Shown here: positions 61,290-64,000 of the stretch, one piece after another | Numbering within the stretch: position 1 is the stretch's first letter | Layout of the letters: each line of letters begins with the position of its first letter | Source: Lama glama | Lineage: Eukaryota | Direction: 5' to 3' | DNA length: 64,000 bases | Assembly: GCA_028534125.1 (NCBI GenBank) | Contig: CM052825.1 | Coordinates: forward strand, 25,544,001-25,608,000 | Translations under genes and position numbers: made by a program | Notes under the pieces: generated by a model | What the model was told of the DNA's origin: nothing | Seen by the model: the letters and a program-made list of their open reading frames with translations, nothing else | The model's database searches: none

Positions 61290-61772
61290 ACTCCACATTG
61301 TTCCCTTCTCCTGCCCTTCATGTGGCCTTCTCCTCCTCCTTGTTCCAACCGTCCCCCTCCATACCACATACCCTTTTCCTTCTTGAAGCTCTCAGTGGTC
61401 CTGGGCTCTGTGTCAGCCTCCTCAAGTCGGCAGGACCCACTTCTGGGCACTGTCTCCAATCTGTCCTGCCCTACTGTCCCTTTGGACCACAGACCCACCA
61501 GCCAAGCAGTCCCGCCAGGCCCCAGCCCTGGCCTTACAGCGCCCACCACTGGGATGCTAACGCCCCACCCGTGCTTAGCCAGATGCTAGCGGTGCCTGCT
61601 TTGGGGCCTCACTGACTCCACACACCTCCTTTGCAGCACTTACCTCGCAGTGTTCAGGCCAGACAGTAGCTCCTGAGGGTGGCCACAGTGTCACGTTTAA
61701 TGCGCCTTTGATACCTGGCACCTGCCTGTCCAAGGTGGGTGGCCAAGAAACACTTAGCAAGTGCATGAGTGG
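61290..61772 (+). mobile_element. Probable L2 3' fragment
   Basis: Degenerate pyrimidine-rich L2-like text ending in cctggcacctgcctg...gtgcatgagtgg. Confidence 0.35.
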
Positions 61773-62669
61773 TGGGAGCAGTGACCTGAACAGAGGCTGG
61801 GAGAGGTGAGATGCTGGTCACCCAGCAGGTGAGCGTTTCTGGAGAAGTGGAGGTTGAGCCCCACCTCCCAGCCATGCTGAGCTGACTGGGGCCGCTAGCC
61901 CTCCTCAAATGCTGCAGGGGGCTCATGCCTAGAAGGAGGGGGCCTGGGTCTGCTGCAGGGGGCTGATTCACCTTGGCACGCCCCCTCGAACCCCTCTCAA
62001 CCCACGTCACACCATCACCAAGGAGCAGGGCCCAGCCCTGCACTGCCTGGAAACAGGGCCTCAGAGGTGTTCCCTTTGGTGTATGTGGGGCTGGAGGCCA
62101 GCCCAGGCCAGGCTCTGTAGGGAGTGGCCTTCAGGGCAGATGGCAGGGTCAACACAAGCCTGGACCTCTGTCAGGCTGGATGCCTCCAGTGACAGGTGCC
62201 TCGCTCCCACACCCATGCCTGCTTGGGCCCGAGCATCCTCTGCTGTCACCCCAGCTCAAGGGCCACCTGAAATTGGGGGATGCCCCGCCCCACAGGCCAT
62301 GCTGGAGCCCTGATGATGTTCTTTCCCCAGCCCCCAGGACAAAAAAGTAGCTAAAGGAGAAGCTTTTCTAAATTCTTGTTTGACACTCACAGCACCCATT
62401 GACCCGAGCAGAAGACACCTATTACTGTAATGCACGGTGCATTTTAGAGCCCTGTTTATCTTTCAAGCTGCCCCTGCCAGTCTCCCAGACAAGCCACTCT
62501 GCTGCCCCCACCCCAGCTCCCCATGGTCCAGGCTCCTCTGCCTTCTAGGTCCCCATAGGGTAGTGTTGGACCAGGGACAAGGTGGAGAGGATGCCTGGGG
62601 CCTCAGGCTTCCCTCCAGTCTCTGGCTACAGAATGGGCACAGTCCACTCTACTCTCAGAAGCCTCCAAC

Positions 62670-62840
62670 TTGGCAGATAAGAGTACAGTTTTCCCAGTTA
62701 ACTCTGAATTTCCGACAAAGAATAACGTTTAGTCTAAGTATATCTCATGCAACATTTGGGATATACTTATACTTACAATGTCTGTTTATATCTGAAATTC
62801 ACATTTAACTGAGTGCTTTATATTTTATCTGGTGACCCTA
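62670..62840. mobile_element. MER53-like palindromic DNA-transposon derivative (MITE)
   Basis: ggcagataa...cccagttaactctgaatttc...taagtatatctcatgcaacatttgggatatactta...gaaattcacatttaactgag...ttatctggtgacccta; self-complementary arms. Confidence 0.75.
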
Positions 62841-63849
62841 CTTGGGGCAGCATAACGGGTCTGTGAAGGGCTGAGAGTGAGGGAGGGGGCTGGGCCCCAC
62901 CTGAGCCAGGTGCCTGCTGCAGGGCTCTGGGGTGAAATAGCAGGTGCCCAGAGAGGTGATGTTCAACTGGGGGCTGCCAGGTGTGGCCTTTGAGCTCCCA
63001 GACTCCAAAAGCAGGAGAAAGCGTGATATGTCAAACTGGAGCATGGAAGCTTCTAGACCTTCATTCTCCAACTGCATGCCCCATTCTCCTTGGGGCTCTG
63101 ACACAAGGCCCTTGAGGTGGGGAGTGGTGGGGCTCCTGGCACGCAGTAGTTGTTAAATGGGCATGTGCTGACTGGATGGCTGTAGGGCCTTAGGATTGCC
63201 TTGAGGGCTTTGGGGAATCGCAGCCCCCTAAGTTGTGCGAGGAGGGGTGACCCTGCCACCATGGGCCAGGGTCCTGTGCCTGGCGAGTGGGCACCCAGTC
63301 GCCAGCTCACAGTGGGGACTGCCCTTTCCCTGGGGACCTCAGGTATTGTCCTGAGTCTTAACTCAGCAACAGTTTCTAAGCATTTCAATATCAAGTGACT
63401 AAGCTTTAACAGTACTGAGTGAGCAATCATCCCACCTTATTACAGCTGGCTTAAAAACACCCCTTCCTAGCCACGTGTAGACGTTCCCACCGCCTGCCCT
63501 CAAGTGGAACTTGCCCTTTCTCACCTTCGCTGTCACTTGGTCATCTGAGCCCTGGGAAGGCAGGGAAGGGAGCACAGCTCCTCTATTCCCTGAGTCCACT
63601 GGGCTATGGAGAGGGACCCCAGCCAAGGCAGGCCCTAGAAGGGCCATGCGTCCAGGCCTGCCAGGGGGCTGGGAACATTTCCCCAGCACTGACCCAGACC
63701 TGTGATGGGGGCTGAGGGCTGTGCCAGCTTAGGCATTAGGCTGCCAAGAGGCTGGGGTGGAGGCAGTGCCGGTGGGGTAGGGGTGGCCCATTGTCACCTG
63801 GGAGGCAGTGAGGGGAGAAAGGGTCAGGGTCTTTTTTGGGCTCTGCAAC

Positions 63850-63960
63850 CACAGGCCCTGGGCTCTAATCTCAGCTCTGCCACAAACTGGCTGTGTGGCC
63901 TTGGGCAAGTGTCTTAACTCTTCTGAGCCTTAAATTGCCCCCTCTAGAAAATAAAACCTG
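63850..63960 (+). mobile_element. MIR fragment
   Basis: ctcagctctgccac...gctgtgtggccttgggcaagt...cttaactcttctgagcct. Confidence 0.75.
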
Positions 63961-64000
63961 CGTCAGGTGAAAAGTGATATTGAACTGGCTGTTCCTCTTG

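Noticed and set aside
1-64000. CRISPR arrays, tRNA/rRNA genes, prokaryotic systems
   Set aside because: Mammalian intron-exon locus; no regular repeat-spacer array or structural RNA gene signature was seen.

Overview
Mammalian (eutherian) genomic DNA, GC-rich, occupied almost entirely by one minus-strand gene: CACNA1H (T-type Ca2+ channel Cav3.2). I traced a non-coding exon 1 in a CpG-island promoter (~58.06-58.36 kb) and 29 coding exons (exons 2-30, human numbering, 57755 down to 155). They join into an intact 5247-nt (1749-codon) frame covering domains I-III and IVS1-S4; the 3' end lies before base 1. Notable non-obvious signals: a 37.3-kb minor-spliceosome AT-AC intron; a near-perfect RE1/NRSE and several homeodomain/POU-motif islands inside it; a spliced 18-codon uORF whose TGA overlaps the main ATG; an 18-nt III-IV linker microexon followed by a GCAUG cluster; in-frame alternative donors after exons 25 and 15; and a (CG)9 Z-DNA tract upstream of the promoter. 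Repeats are old (MLT1, L1M, L2, MIR, MER53, Charlie-like) and no young SINEs were recognised. Most ORFs in the supplied track are GC-rich noise. Comparisons to human and to repeat consensi are from memory and need confirming.
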